64,000 bases of DNA, from assembly GCA_038087875.1 (NCBI GenBank), contig CM075989.1, positions 3,906,001-3,970,000 of the forward strand, written 5' to 3'. The stretch is from Malacoraja senta. Lineage: Eukaryota. Shown here piece after piece: positions 12,636 to 24,426 of this stretch (position 1 is its first letter; every line of letters starts with the position of its first letter). Under the pieces are notes generated by a model. That model worked only from the letters and a program-made list of their open reading frames with translations, searched no databases and had not been told where the DNA came from. A program made the position numbers and the translations under genes.

Positions 12636-14079
12636 AACCTGCTTGGAATGCTAGTATTGTCCAGTTTTACATGGTTAGATGCCTCTAAATAGATGACAAT
12701 GTCTTAATCATTTGTGTATTGTACAACCAAGTGTAAACATTACCAACTTGTAGGTGGTTCCTTAGTTGTAGAGTAGAACAGGTAGAGTGCGTGGAACCTC
12801 TGGCCAGCTTTCATGCTGCCACCAGCTTCAGTGAACCGCTCACTGCCGATGAAGACATGGGGTGCGTTGTCGCCGAAACTATGAAGCTTTGCTCGTCATT
12901 GTCCTTGATTGGTCCAACAGTTTGTGCTTCATCCTCCAGGTTTTGCCTGTTGAATAAGTCTTACCTGAATAGAAGATTCAGCGGCTGGCTCCAATGTCCC
13001 CCTGATAGCGGTGTTCACTGCATTGTGTTGGGATGGCAACATTGCTGCCAGGAATGGTACCTCTGACACGTGCCCTTCATCCCTTGGGGTATGCTCCACG
13101 GCTATACCCTCAGACTCTGCGTCAGATTTACACTGACCCGGCATGCTCTCATCCTCCAAGAGGGAGACATAAAGCAGCCCTGTCCAAGGCGCTGCTGGCG
13201 CGGGCTCTCCCATAGGACCGCGCTGACACAACTCCTGCTAGTGTATCCCGAGAACCACAGCATCTGGAAATCACTGACCGTCTTATCAGTGACTGCGATC
13301 GCAAACCCGACATTCGCCAGTTACCCGCTTCCGCGGTCGGACCCGGGTTTCCCCACAGCCCATAGCTGGTTTCCCTCGTCGACCTTCGCGAAGTATCGGA
13401 CAGGCAACCTCTGTAACAAGAAGTCCCTGCAAAAAATCAAAAGCAGGTAAGAAATACAAACTTACCTGAAGATTAAACTTACCGCTGGCAGGAACGACGT
13501 GCCTGCCAGTCCGTTGCTTCGCCATGCGAGCGTCGTAATGACTTGCATGCGGACGACCGGGGTCTTCATCACGTAGTCACTCACGTGACTCCGAAGTAAA
13601 ATGAACTGCTCTGCTCAATGGAGGAGATATTCGGTATAGTCGTTATAGTCAAGAAGAGAATTACCTTTACTGGAAGTAGATTTTGCTCATCTGGTAAACC
13701 TTCAATTACACTTTACTTTACCAAGTACAAAGACGCTGGGTGTTTCCATCTCTTGAGTAACCTGTTAGTTTGCTGTCTCCCTGTTAATTATTTCCCTTCT
13801 TTCCGTTCTCGTGTTTGTGTTACTCACCTTTAACCTTCTTATGCCTTCTCTAAAATATTGACAGAAAACTGGAACATTTTTTCCAACCTTGAAACCGATT
13901 GCAAGGGATTCACAGAAAATAAGTGCACGGCATGTGCACTGGAACGGTGAAGAAGGCATATGGTGCGCTTGCCGCTTTTGGAGTGTTGTATGGTGTTGTG
14001 ATAAACCCATTACAAGAAGGATGTGGAGGCTTTGGAAGGGGTGCAGAGGAGGTTCAAAAGGTGGAAAATAGTCGAGCTA

Positions 14080-14730
14080 CCACTGCCATTCAATATGATC
14101 ATGGCTGATCATCCAGAATCAGTACCCCGTTCCTGCTTTCTCCCTATATCCCTTGATTCATTTAGCCCTAAGAGTTAAATCCAACTCACTCTTGAATGCA
14201 TCCAATTAATTGACTTCCACTGTCTTCTGAGGCAGAAAATTCCACAGATTCACATCTCTCTGGATGAGAATGTTTTTCCTCATGTCAGTCCTAAATCTTC
14301 ACCAGAATCCACTGGATTATGGGGTATTGGCTACAGGGAAAGGTTGGACACACTTGGATTGTTTTCTCCAGAACGTTGTAGGTTGAGGGGAGACCTGATA
14401 GAAGTATATCGAATTATGAGAGGCATAGATCGGGTAAACAGTTAGAACCTTTTTCCCAGGATGGAAAAATCAAATACGAGGAATAGCTTTAAAGGTGAGA
14501 CGGGCAAGGTTTAAAGGAGATGTGGGAGGAACTTTTTTTACAGAGAGGCTGGTGAGTGCCTGGGTTAGTGGTTGAGGCATATACTATAGAGGCATTTAAG
14601 AGGATATTGGATAGGCACATGGATATGCAGGGAATGGATGGATATGGATCATTCGCAGGTGGACGAGAGATGTTCTTGGCATCATATTCAGCCCAGATAT
14701 TTTGGGCCAAAGGCCTCGTTCTTGTGTTGC
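14080..14730. mobile_element. CR1/HER1-like LINE 3' fragments in opposite orientations
   Basis: Minus-strand tail at 14085-14295 and a plus-strand fragment (ttgaggggagacctgatagaagt...tail) at 14297-14730. Confidence 0.75.
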
Positions 14731-14945
14731 AGTCAGTCACAAAATAATCGGCTTCGCAATCATATTAACAGTCGTGATTCTTGTCTGTTAAGTCTAGGAT
14801 TTAACACTGAGCATTTGGTGTCCAGAGTGTCCAGCTGTGAGGAGGATGCTAGGAGGCTGCAGGGTCACTTGGATAGGCTGGGTGAGTGGGCAAATGCATG
14901 GCAGATGCAGTATAATGTGGATAAATGTGAGGTTATCCACTTTAC

Positions 14946-15677
14946 CAGGGGCGGAAAACCTGGGGGGGGGGGGGGCCAGAGGGAACACGTCCCCTCCATG
15001 TTTTGAGAGGTGGGGTACATCCCCCCCAAGTTTTTGTAATCCGGATTTTAAAATCCGGTGATCAACGGCGCCGATTGGCAGAGAGAGACATCGGTCACCA
15101 GGCAATGGGGGCGGGACTTGATTCAGCACGATGATTGGAGGAGGGAGGGGGGTGGGACTGAGGATAGAGCACGGTGATTGGAGGAGGGAGGAGGAGGGGG
15201 GGTGGGACTGAGGAGAGAGTGCGGTGATTGGAGGAGGGAGACGTGGCACAGACCTGCGCTTCATCCGCAGCCAGGATGATGCCGGCCGGCTTTCCGGCGC
15301 TGTCCCGTCCCCACCCGAGTACCCCCCTCCGCCAGATAGGTCGGCAGCAAAGATCCTCCGCTATAGGATCTTTGGTCGGCAGTCAGACGGGCCAGCGCAG
15401 AGAAACAGTGCTAAACCCAGCTAACTCTGCCTTTCCCACCAGGTGAGCTTACAACCCTTCCTGGACTTGCAGGAAATATGGCCAGCGCGGAGAAGCAGTG
15501 CTGGTGTCCCGTCAGTCCAGGCAGGACTGTAGTTAACCCGGTGAGACAGGCAGTTGAGCTGCATTTAGCGTTGGATTGAGCCTCCGAAGCCTCGCGTGAG
15601 TGTGCGCATGCGCGCGTGGCTGCCAAAAAATGGTGTCCCCCGTCCCCTCCATGTTTTGATAGCGAGTTCCGCTCTTG
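14946..15677. mobile_element. putative non-autonomous DNA transposon (composite, G/C-rich)
   Basis: Imperfect termini CAGGGGCGGA / TCCGCTCTTG; direct repeat GTCCCCTCCATGTTTTGA near both ends; interrupts a CR1; no clean TSD found. Confidence 0.5.
15348..15374. mobile_element. 27-bp ultra-short MITE with 10-bp TIRs and 8-bp TSD
   Basis: CAAAGATCCT...AGGATCTTTG flanked by GTCGGCAG at 15340-15347 and 15375-15382. Confidence 0.75.
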
Positions 15678-16464
15678 TTGGTGGCAAAAACTAGAAAGTA
15701 GACTATTATCTGAATGGTGGCCGATTAGGAAAAGGGGAGATACAACGAGACCTGGGTGTCATGGTACACCAGTCATTGAAAGTAGGCATGCAGGTGCAGC
15801 AGGCAGTGAAGAAAGCGAATGGTATGTTAGCATTCATAGCAAAAGGATTTGAGTATAGGAGCAGGGAGGTTCTACTGCAGTTGTACAGGGTCTTGGTGAG
15901 ACCACACCTGGAGTATTGCGTACAGTTTTGGTCTCCAAATCTGAGGAAAGACATTCTTGCCATGGAGGGAGTACAGAGAAGGTTCACCAGACTGATTCCT
16001 GGGATGTCAGGACTTTCATATGAAGAAAGACTGGATGGACCCGGCTTGTACTCGCTAGAATTTAGAAGATTGAGGGGGATCTTATAGAAACTTACAAAAT
16101 TCTTAAGGGTTTGGACAGGCTAGATGCAGGAAGATTGTCCCCGATGTTGGGGAAGTCCAGAACAAGGGGTCACAGTTTAAGGATAAGGGGGAAATCTTTT
16201 AGGACCGAGATGGGAAAAACATTTTTCACACAGAGAGTGGTGAATCTCTGGAATTCTCTGCCACAGAAGGTAGTTGAGGCCAGTTCATTGGCTATATTTA
16301 AGAGAGGGTTAGATGTGGCCCTTGTAGCTAAAGGGATCATGGGGTATGAAGAGAAGGCAGGTACAGGATACTGAGTTGGATGATCAGCCATGATCATATT
16401 GAATGGCGGTGCAGGCTCAAAGGGCCGAATGGCCTTCTCCTGCACCTATTTTCTATGTTTCTAT

Positions 16465-18040
16465 GTGTCCTTCAGATCAGGAGCAGATGAATGAAAGCCA
16501 TGATTCTGTGTGGGTTCCTATCTTACTCACAGGACTTTCAACCCAGATGAAGCCCAGATTAATCCCAGTAAGGGGTATTGAGACAATGTCTGATGACTTT
16601 GAGGTATGCAGTGACTGATAACTATGATATGCAACTGCCTTGTACCAATATCCAATGCTTTTTGATATGTATGTGCCATGTACCACATGACAAGATGTCT
16701 TTGATGCGACTGATGATTGACAAGAGACAAACTCAGACGCATCCTGTAGTAATGTGTATTTACTGTACCTCTGACCATGACTAATGTCTTTAGAATGTGC
16801 TTGGGTAATGAAATAATAGTATACAATACCATGTAATTCTGTGTTCAGGGAAGTGGAGAGAGGACAGCCAAGGGTCTGTGTTGCTCCCTTAGCTGGGATT
16901 ATCCTTGCCACTTCCAACGGCCGATAATTAGTAAAGTTTTGAATTGATCTACCAAACTGCTTTGTGAGTTGTGTGTTTATTAAGAAGTGAACCTGTTTGT
17001 TTAAGTAAACTTTTTTCATTGGCGTTTATTGGCAGGCCTCGCTGGGACACCATCAAAAGCTGAAAGTGCAAGAGGTTACAGATGTTACCGGGATTGGAAG
17101 GGAGACAACTGAGCTCTATCGGCCCCCTTGTAAGACCGACTCCCGTAGAAATTCCCGGGAACATCTGTGGTCCTTCGTCAGAAGTTGATCTGGTTCCCCG
17201 CCGAGGTTCTTAGATGCAGGCAATGGTAAGACCAATTGTGTGGCTTTTTTTCTAATTTTTTCTAATTTTTATTAGAGTCTGCTGTGTTGAGATCCACGGG
17301 TCTCGATTACAGAGTCTGCCGGGTTGAGACACTTGGGGCTGGTTAGGAAGTCAGCCACATTGAGACACTTGGGACTGGGTAAGAGGTCGACCAAGTTGAG
17401 ACACGCGGGGCTGTTGTAAAAATTGGATAGAGCAAACTAGAAGTGGTTTGTTGTAAATTTTGCTACTTGAAGCAGTCGGCGATTGGCTTTGCAAACTAAA
17501 AAAGTTTGTCGTTCATAAAGTAGTCGGGCAGAGGATAGACTCGCGGCTATGGGGAATAATTTGGATAAAAGTGATGAGGGAATGCTCACACAACACACGT
17601 GTAATTTGAATCCTAGGACTATAAAATATTAAGTTATCAGCTAACCAAACATTTGGGATATGAAAATTGGCCAACAGGGGCACATGGAGACTAAGGAAAG
17701 AAAATCGAAGGAAGAATCTGTTAAAAAGGCAGAAATAGAGTTAAAGAGGTTGGAAAGTGTTGCAGTCGGTGGGCAGAGAGAAAAGAGAAAAGAGAATAGA
17801 GCAAAGGATTGGGTCGCAAATTTAGCGACAAGTGGAAAAAAGAGAGAAAAAAGTGGGGGAAGAAATTGCGCAAAACAAAATAACCCCGGGGGACCCCTTT
17901 TTCTGACAACCAACTCTTATAAAAAGATTGGGGGATGAAGGAAAATTCGGTGGAGAAATGAGGATAGGGTAAGGAGACTGAAAAGGCAGATGAAGAGGAA
18001 GGGAGAAAGGGCTGAGGCAGGTGTGGAAGAAAAACATTAT
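16465..18040 (+). mobile_element. putative ERV/LTR-element remnant (LTR, PBS, leader, start of gag)
   Basis: ...GGAACA followed by TGGTCCTTCG (17168-17177), which matches the 3' end of tRNA-Tyr; repetitive leader; ATG at 17549 gives MGNNLDKS (myristoylation-like), followed by charged coiled-coil fragments. Confidence 0.5.
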
Positions 18041-18059
18041 TAAATTAAACATTCAGGTG

Positions 18060-19060
18060 GTGGCCTGTGGGGGGGATCTTGCTAGTATGGGTGTTGTGGG
18101 CCGAATGGACTGGTTTGCAGAGGGCAAGTATGGACATTGTGGACCGAATGAATTCTTGGGCTCGTCCTGCAGCTGGGGACGGGGAGGCTTCAGGTGGGAG
18201 CTGGCAGGAGCGTTCTGTAGCCGGGGGAGGGGACGGCTTCAGGCAGGGGCCGGTGGGGGAGTGCTGCCATGGCCTACCGCTGGGGGGGTTTTGAGGGGAG
18301 TGTGGCAGGGGTGGTGAGCCCCACCAGCGCCCGGCCCCGCCAGCGCCCGGCTCCCTCAATCCCCCCACTCTCAGACTTCCTCAGGATCTCAAGTTTGCAG
18401 CAATTGGGCGGGCTCCTCGCTCCGGGCTGCCTCCGCACACCGGGCGGCTTCTGGACACAGTTCACTCACTCACAGCTTCTGGACTCACGGCTTCCGGACT
18501 CACAGTTCACTCACTTGCAGCTTCCGGACTCACAGTTCACTCAGTCGTGGCTTCTGGACTCACAGTTCACTCAGTCACGGCTTCTGGTTCACTCAGTCAC
18601 GACTTCTGGACTCACAGTTCACTCACTCGAGGCTTCTGGACTCACAGTTCACTCACTCACGGCTGTTGGACTCGACTCTCACTCACTCTCTGGACTCGAT
18701 TCTCACTCACGGCTTCCGGGCTTCTGGACTGACTGACTCATGCCCGATATCTGGACTCATGCCCGGCCACCGGGACTTTATTCTCCTCGCCCTGGTGATT
18801 GACAGCAGGTGCCAGAAGGGGCGTTACCTTCCTGGCGACAAACTGGTGAGAAGACCAATCTGCTGATCTCATGATTTTTAAACCTTCATAACTTTTGTAA
18901 TATTCCACCGATCGGAACAAAACGGTGCACTTGGAGCAGAGGCGAACGGTGAGTAAGGGGGCAAACCAATCCAAGCGATATAGGTTAGCATTTTTGCACA
19001 AATTATTAAACAATGCCAAACCGGAAGAGGACAAGATGAGAGTTTTAGTAATAGTATAGA
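18060..19060 (-). mobile_element. non-autonomous Helitron, 5' end retained, with a 30-bp minisatellite
   Basis: Minus strand begins A|TCTATACTATTACTAAAACTCTC at 19060. Blocks 18070-18170 and 18860-18955 are homologous to the copies at 20639 and 28386. Confidence 0.7.
18446..18735. repeat. 30-bp minisatellite (GGCTTCTGGACTCACAGTTCACTCACTCAC-like)
   Basis: Tandem degenerate units seen directly. Confidence 0.85.
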
Positions 19061-19424
19061 TGTGCAAGGTAAGTTTTGTTACAGACAGTGGTGTGTGTTG
19101 GTGGTGGATCTTATGATAGTAAAATTTAAGAGGTTTTTAAATAATCACATGGATATGCAGAGAATGTGGGAAAGTTGGTGTGCGTGAATAGTTCAATGAT
19201 GCTTCATTTATAAGGGAGAGGAGATTATGTTATTTTGTCAACATGTTCTGCACAGACATTGTGCGCTGAAGGGCCTGTTCCTGGGCTGTACTGTTCCATG
19301 TTTAACCTTGTGCGGACGTGGTGTTGAAGGACGAGAGGCCGAAGCAAAGAAGTGGAAGCCAAATAACCGAATGGAAATGAAACCGAAGTAGAGAAGTCAG
19401 TGGGTTTATAGTGGATGCCGGTCA

Positions 19425-20575
19425 GTAACTCCTACTGACTCCCATGGCAATCTAGACTACATTTCTTCCCACCCTGCTTCCTGTAAGGACTCCATCCCCT
19501 ACTCCCAATTCCTCAGTCTACGCCGCATCTGCACCCAGGATGAGGTGTTCCACACCAGGGCATCGGAGATGTCCTCACCCTTCAGGGAACGGGGGTCCCC
19601 TCTTTTACTATAGATGAGGCTCTCACCAAGGTCTCTTCTATACCCCGTGACTCTGTTCTCACTCCCCATCCCCCACCTCGCAACAAGGGCCGAGTCCCCC
19701 TTGTCCTCACCTTCCGCCCTATCAGACATCACATACAACAAATAATCCTCCGACATTTTCGCCACCTCCAACGTGATCCCACCACTTGCAACATCTTCCC
19801 ATCTCCTTTCCTGTCTGCTTTCCGCAGAGACAGCTCCCTCCGGAACTCCCTGGTCAATTCGTCCCTTCCCACCCGAACCACCCCCTTTCCAGGCACTTCC
19901 CTTGCAACCTCAGGAAATGCTATACTTGTCGCTTTACCTCCCCCCTTGACTCCATTCAAGGACCCAAGCAGTCTTTCCAGGTGCAACAGAGGTTCACCTG
20001 CATCTTCTTCAACCTCATCTATTGCATCCGCTGCTCCAGATTTCGTTTGAACTTAGGTTCAAATGACAACAAATAAATTGTATTGTATTTGTATTTGTAT
20101 TGTATTGTATTGTAGATGCCAGCTGCTCTACATCGGTGAGACCAAGCGTAGGCTTCGCAATCGCTTCGCCGAACACCTACGCTCGGTTCGGAATAACCAA
20201 CCTGATCTCCCGGTGGCTCTGCGCTTCAACACCCCCTCCCATTCCGAATCCGTACTGGGCCTTTCTGTCCTGGGCCTCCTCCATGGCCAGAGTGAGGTCC
20301 ACCGTAAATTGGAGGAGCAGCACTTCATATTTCGCTTGGGTAGTTTGCACCCCAGCGGTATGAACATTGACCTCTAATTTCAGGTAGTCCCTACTTTATC
20401 CTTCCCTTCTCAGCTCTCCCTCAGCCCACTGGCTCCACCTCTTCCTTTCTTCTTCCCGCTCCCCCCACACTCACATCTGTCTGAAGAAGTGTTTCGACCC
20501 GAAACATTGCCTATTTCCTTCGCTCCATAGATGCTGCCTCACCCGCTGAGTTTCTCCAGCATTTCTGTCTACCTT
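19425..20575 (+). mobile_element. Penelope-like element 3' portion (RT C-terminus, GIY-YIG endonuclease, terminal repeat with hammerhead-like motif)
   Basis: NLIYCIRCSR...LLYIGETKRRL..RFAEHLRSV..NQPDLPVA, RKLEEQH..F.LG....GMN; motif ctgaagaagtgtttcgacccgaaacattgcc at about 20478-20511. Confidence 0.88.
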
Positions 20576-20638
20576 CTGAGTAGCCAGCTTGTATTTTCAT
20601 ATTTTCTGCTCATTGTAACAAACTAATTTTATTTGTTA

Positions 20639-21449
20639 CTAGACTAAGTGGGACCCGTTGTGTCCCAGCTTCACACGGGAGGGCTGGTCCCCCAACACAA
20701 TATTCCACCTCTCCACCAATTCCAATATTGGTGGCCAGTGTGCCGGGGGGAGGCGGGTGTTCCTGGAGTACTAGTATGGGTGTTGTGGGCTGAAGGGACT
20801 GGTTTCCAGAGGGCTGGTATGGACATTGTGGGCCAAGTGGATTCTTGGGCTGGCAGCTCACTCACGCGAGGCTGGTGGGCTGGCAGTTGACTCTCGGCTA
20901 TTCCTTGAAATGCCACTTCAAGCAGGGTGCAAGGCCACCAAATTCAAGTGCAGTTTCCTGTCACCTCAAGCAGGGTGCAAGGCCATCAAATTCGAGTGCA
21001 GTTACCTACCACTGCAAACAGGGTGCAAGGCCACCAAATTCAAGTGCAGTTTCACACCACTTCAAGCAGGGTGCAAGGCCACCAAATTCAAATGCAGTTT
21101 CATACCATTTCAAGCAGGGTGCAAGGCCATCAAATTCAAGTGCAGTTTCATATCATTTCAAGAAGGGTGCAAGGCCACCAAATTCAAATGCAGTTTCATA
21201 CCATTTCAAGCAGGGTACAAGGCCACTAAAGGCAGAGATTTGTGACCTCTCCCTCCCCCTTCTAGCAGAGACTGAGCCACACCCACACTTCCAGGTTTTA
21301 TAGTCCCTCCAACCAAAGGAGGGGCGTGGCCTTCATGGCGTGATTGATAGAAGAGAGAATCTCAACATTTTAAAACAATAATAACTCTTTTATTTTTCAT
21401 CGATGGGAAAAATCCTCAGCACCTGATGAGCGGAGGGGGAATCTGAGTT
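20639..21449 (-). mobile_element. non-autonomous Helitron, 3' end retained, with a 48-bp minisatellite
   Basis: CTAG at 20639-20642 with adjacent hairpin TGGGACCC-GTT-GTGTCCCA; colinear with the copy at 28386. Confidence 0.75.
20913..21229. repeat. 48-bp minisatellite, 6 full units plus a partial unit
   Basis: CCACTTCAAGCAGGGTGCAAGGCCACCAAATTCAAGTGCAGTTTCATA-like tandem units. Confidence 0.95.
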
Positions 21450-21660
21450 AAAGCCCTGTCCCACGGTACGAGTTCATTCCAAGAGCTCTCCCGAGTTTGC
21501 CCTGATTTGAACTCGGAGATTTACGGTAATGGCCACTCGTCGGTACTCGGGGCTCTCGTGGACATTTTTCGACATGTTGAAAAAACCTCACGAGTCTTCC
21601 CGTGCTTACCTGCCTTTAGCAAGTTTTCCCGAGTACCTGAAGTTAGCGTTACGAGCCTTG
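21450..21660. mobile_element. PIF/Harbinger-like MITE fragment (one end)
   Basis: Starts taa-agccctgtcccac, resembling the TIR of the MITE at 62536; second TIR not found. Confidence 0.5.
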
Positions 21661-21804
21661 GGCAAAGGCAGAATTTTATAAATGGACACATGTTTCAAGT
21701 TTCGCAGTATATAAGGGGGACAAGGCTCATGACATTCACATTTTGAATAAAAGCTAAGATATGGCTCCTGCATCTCAAAAATGACACACTTTCAGAACAC
21801 ATAC

Positions 21805-22112
21805 AGAGCTACTACCTTAACAGTGCCAGAGACCTGGGTTCAATCCTGATGACGGGTGCCTGTCTGTACAGAGTTTGTATGTTCTCCCTGTGACCGTGGG
21901 TTTTCGTGAGTTTCGTGACGTGGGTTTTCACCGAGATCTTCGGTTTCCTCCCACACTCCATTGACGTACGGGTTTACAGGTTAATTGGCTTTGTATAAAT
22001 GTAAATTTTCCCTAATATGTGTGTAGGATAGTGTTAATGTGCGGGGATCGCTGGTCAGCACGGACTTGGTGGGCCGAAGAGCCTGTTTCCGTGCTGAATC
22101 TCTAAACTAAAC
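21805..22112 (+). mobile_element. HE1-like V-SINE
   Basis: gacctgggttcaatcctga, V-core and tctctaaactaaa tail. Confidence 0.8.
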
Positions 22113-22126
22113 TCTATGAACGGGAT

Positions 22127-23356
22127 CAAGACACAAAATGCTGGAGTAACTCAGCGAGCCAGACAGCATCTCTGGAGAGAAGGAATGGGTGACGTTTCGG
22201 GTCGAGACCCTTCTTCAGACTGGTTAGGGACAAGAGAAATGAGAGATATAGATGATGATGTAGAGATATAAAGAACAATGATTGAAAGATATGCAAAAAA
22301 GTAACGATGATAAAGGAAACAGGAATTGTGAGCTATTTGTTGAGTGAAAATGAGAAGCTAGTGCGACTTGGGTGGGGGATGGATAGAAAGGAAATGCTGG
22401 GGTTACTTGAAGTTAGAGAATTCAATATTCATACCACTGGGCTGTAAGCTGCCCAAGTGAAATATAAGATGCTGTTCCTCCAATTTGCGTTTAGCCTCAC
22501 TCTGACAATGGAGGAGACCGAGGACTGAAAGGTCTGTGTGGGAATGGATAGGAAAATTAAGGTTAGTAACCGTGAGATCATGTAGGTTCAGGCGTACTGA
22601 GCGAAGGCGTTCCGCGTAATGATCGCCCCTGTCTGCGCTTGGTCTCGCCGATGTATACGAGTCCACATCTTGAACAACGGATACAGTAGATGAGGTTGGA
22701 GGAGGTGCAAGTGAACCTCTGTCTAGCCTGAAAGGACTGTCGGGGTCCCTGGACAGAGTCGAGGGAGGTGGTATTGGGACAGGTGTTGCACCTTCTGTGG
22801 GTGACTGACAACTCATTTTTAAAAGATGTACCCAGCAGTATGAAATGTCATATTTTGCTTGGGCAGCTGACAACCCAGCAGTATGAATATTGATTTCTCT
22901 AACTTCAAGTAACCCTTGCATCCCCTCTCTGTGTCCCTTCCCCACCCTTGTTGTACTAGTTTCACTGTCGTCCTGCTGAGTTTCACTGTTTGCATTATTC
23001 ATTATCACATTCCCCAAAGCCAACAATGGACCATTGTGGGCTCAATCTTTCCTTGATTGTCTTTGCTGACTCTGATCAGTCTTTTTGCATATCGCTCATT
23101 TATTCATTCTATGTACCTTTTCATATCTCTCGGTTCCCTCTCCGCTGACTCTCAGTCAGAAGATAGACACAAAAAAGCTGGAGTAACTGAGCGGGACAAG
23201 CAGCATCTCAGTTCAGAGCGAACAGGTGATGTTTCGGGACCAGACCCTTCTTCAGACTGAAGAAGTCTATCGACCCGAAATGTCACCTATTCCTTTTCTC
23301 CATATACAGTATGTTGCCTGACCCGCTAAGTTACTCCAGCTTTTTTGTGTCTATCT
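22127..23356. mobile_element. rearranged Penelope-like composite (minus-strand GIY-YIG piece joined to an inverted 3' UTR and terminal repeats)
   Basis: Minus ORF fragments NLIYCIRCSRCGLVYIGETKRR and KRKLEEQHLIFHLGSLQPSGMNIEF; inverted segment from about 22835; hammerhead motifs. Confidence 0.85.
22187..22221 (-). ncRNA. minimal type I hammerhead ribozyme motif (Penelope-associated)
   Basis: Minus strand reads AGT-CTGAAGA-A-GGG-TCTCGA-CCC-GAAAC-GTC-ACCC: CUGANGA core, short stem II, GAAA and a GUC cleavage triplet. Confidence 0.7.
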
Positions 23357-23614
23357 TCCTTACAAACAATATTTGGCCTGGCCTTCACATCAACTGGAAT
23401 CTCATTTACTCAGGCTCATATGTTCCTGCAACATCTTCAGTCAAATCTCCTGCAAGCAGTGCTAACATTTAGCTCCTTGTTTATTTCTCGATCTCCCTTA
23501 ACACTGATCCGAGAGCAGTCCCTTGGACTTGCTTCTGCCAATGCTGTTCAGAAATAAGTTCTAGTTATTAGATCCAACAATCATGAATGATCAGCAGCAT
23601 ATTTCCAAGTGAGT

Positions 23615-23930
23615 CTTCACAAGTTCAAAAGTTGTAGGAGCAGAATTAGGCCATTTGGCCCTTCAAGTTCATGCCATTCAATCAATTTGCTTCCCTCTCA
23701 ACCCCATTCTCCTACCTTCTCCCCATAACCCCTGACACCCACACTAATCAAGAATTTGTCAATCTCCACCTTAAAAAATTCCCATTGACTTGGCCTCCAC
23801 AGCCATCTGTGGCGATGAATTCCACAGATTCAACCACGTCTCACTGAAGAAATTCCTCCTCATCTCCTTTCTAAAGGTATGGCCTTTTATTCTGAGGCTG
23901 TGGCCTCTGGTCCTCGACTCTCCTCCACTG
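23615..23930 (-). mobile_element. CR1/HER1-like LINE 3' end
   Basis: gcagaattaggcca...ccccattctcc...gaattccacagattc...ctctggtcct matches the other CR1 tails in the window. Confidence 0.75.
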
Positions 23931-24426
23931 GTTCAGCTGTCATCAGGCATCAGTCATAATTGGGAAAATGTGCAGAACAAAGTTCATGAAAGAGACAAAT
24001 TTTCAACCTGGCAAGTCGCGGAAGGCAACTCCAATAATGGAGAAAACAAACATATTAAAACTGAGAAACAATGTGGTGAACATGTGCACCAATAGACAGT
24101 ATGATTGTGGGAATTGGGAACAACAATTCTCAGTACAGGTTCTTGACACGTGTGACCTGTTCTTTAGATTTTGTTTGAATAATATTTCAAAAACATGTCC
24201 ATTTTGTCACATTTAATTCATGTACAGTAGTTTGCTGGTGGCAACTACATTCAGAAAATGTTATAATTTCTGAAAATACATTATTAAAATTCACAATAGC
24301 TGTAATGGGAATGGGTTGCGAGAGAAACGTTAGGTGGGGTGTTGGAGAAACTATGATTAAAAATTGTTTACTAAAATTAAATTGCAAAAAATCAAAAGAC
24401 ATTCTCCCATTTCAAAAGGAAAAACC

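Larger units (their letters stand above)
9580..13601 (-). mobile_element. DIRS1-type retrotransposon, heavily degenerate (YR, MT, RH, RT and gag remnants plus left terminus)
   Basis: Terminal motif at about 13568-13601. Recombinase box II SHSTRA at about 9670-9690 (minus). Colinear similarity to 44400-46020 and to 1-760. Confidence 0.85.
14835..16465 (+). mobile_element. CR1/HER1-like LINE 3' portion, split by an insertion at about 14946-15677
   Basis: LQGHLDRLGEWANAWQMQYNVDKCEVIHF continues after the insertion as GGKN...; ORFs 15761-16087 and 16111-16374; ttctatgtttctatg tail. Confidence 0.9.
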
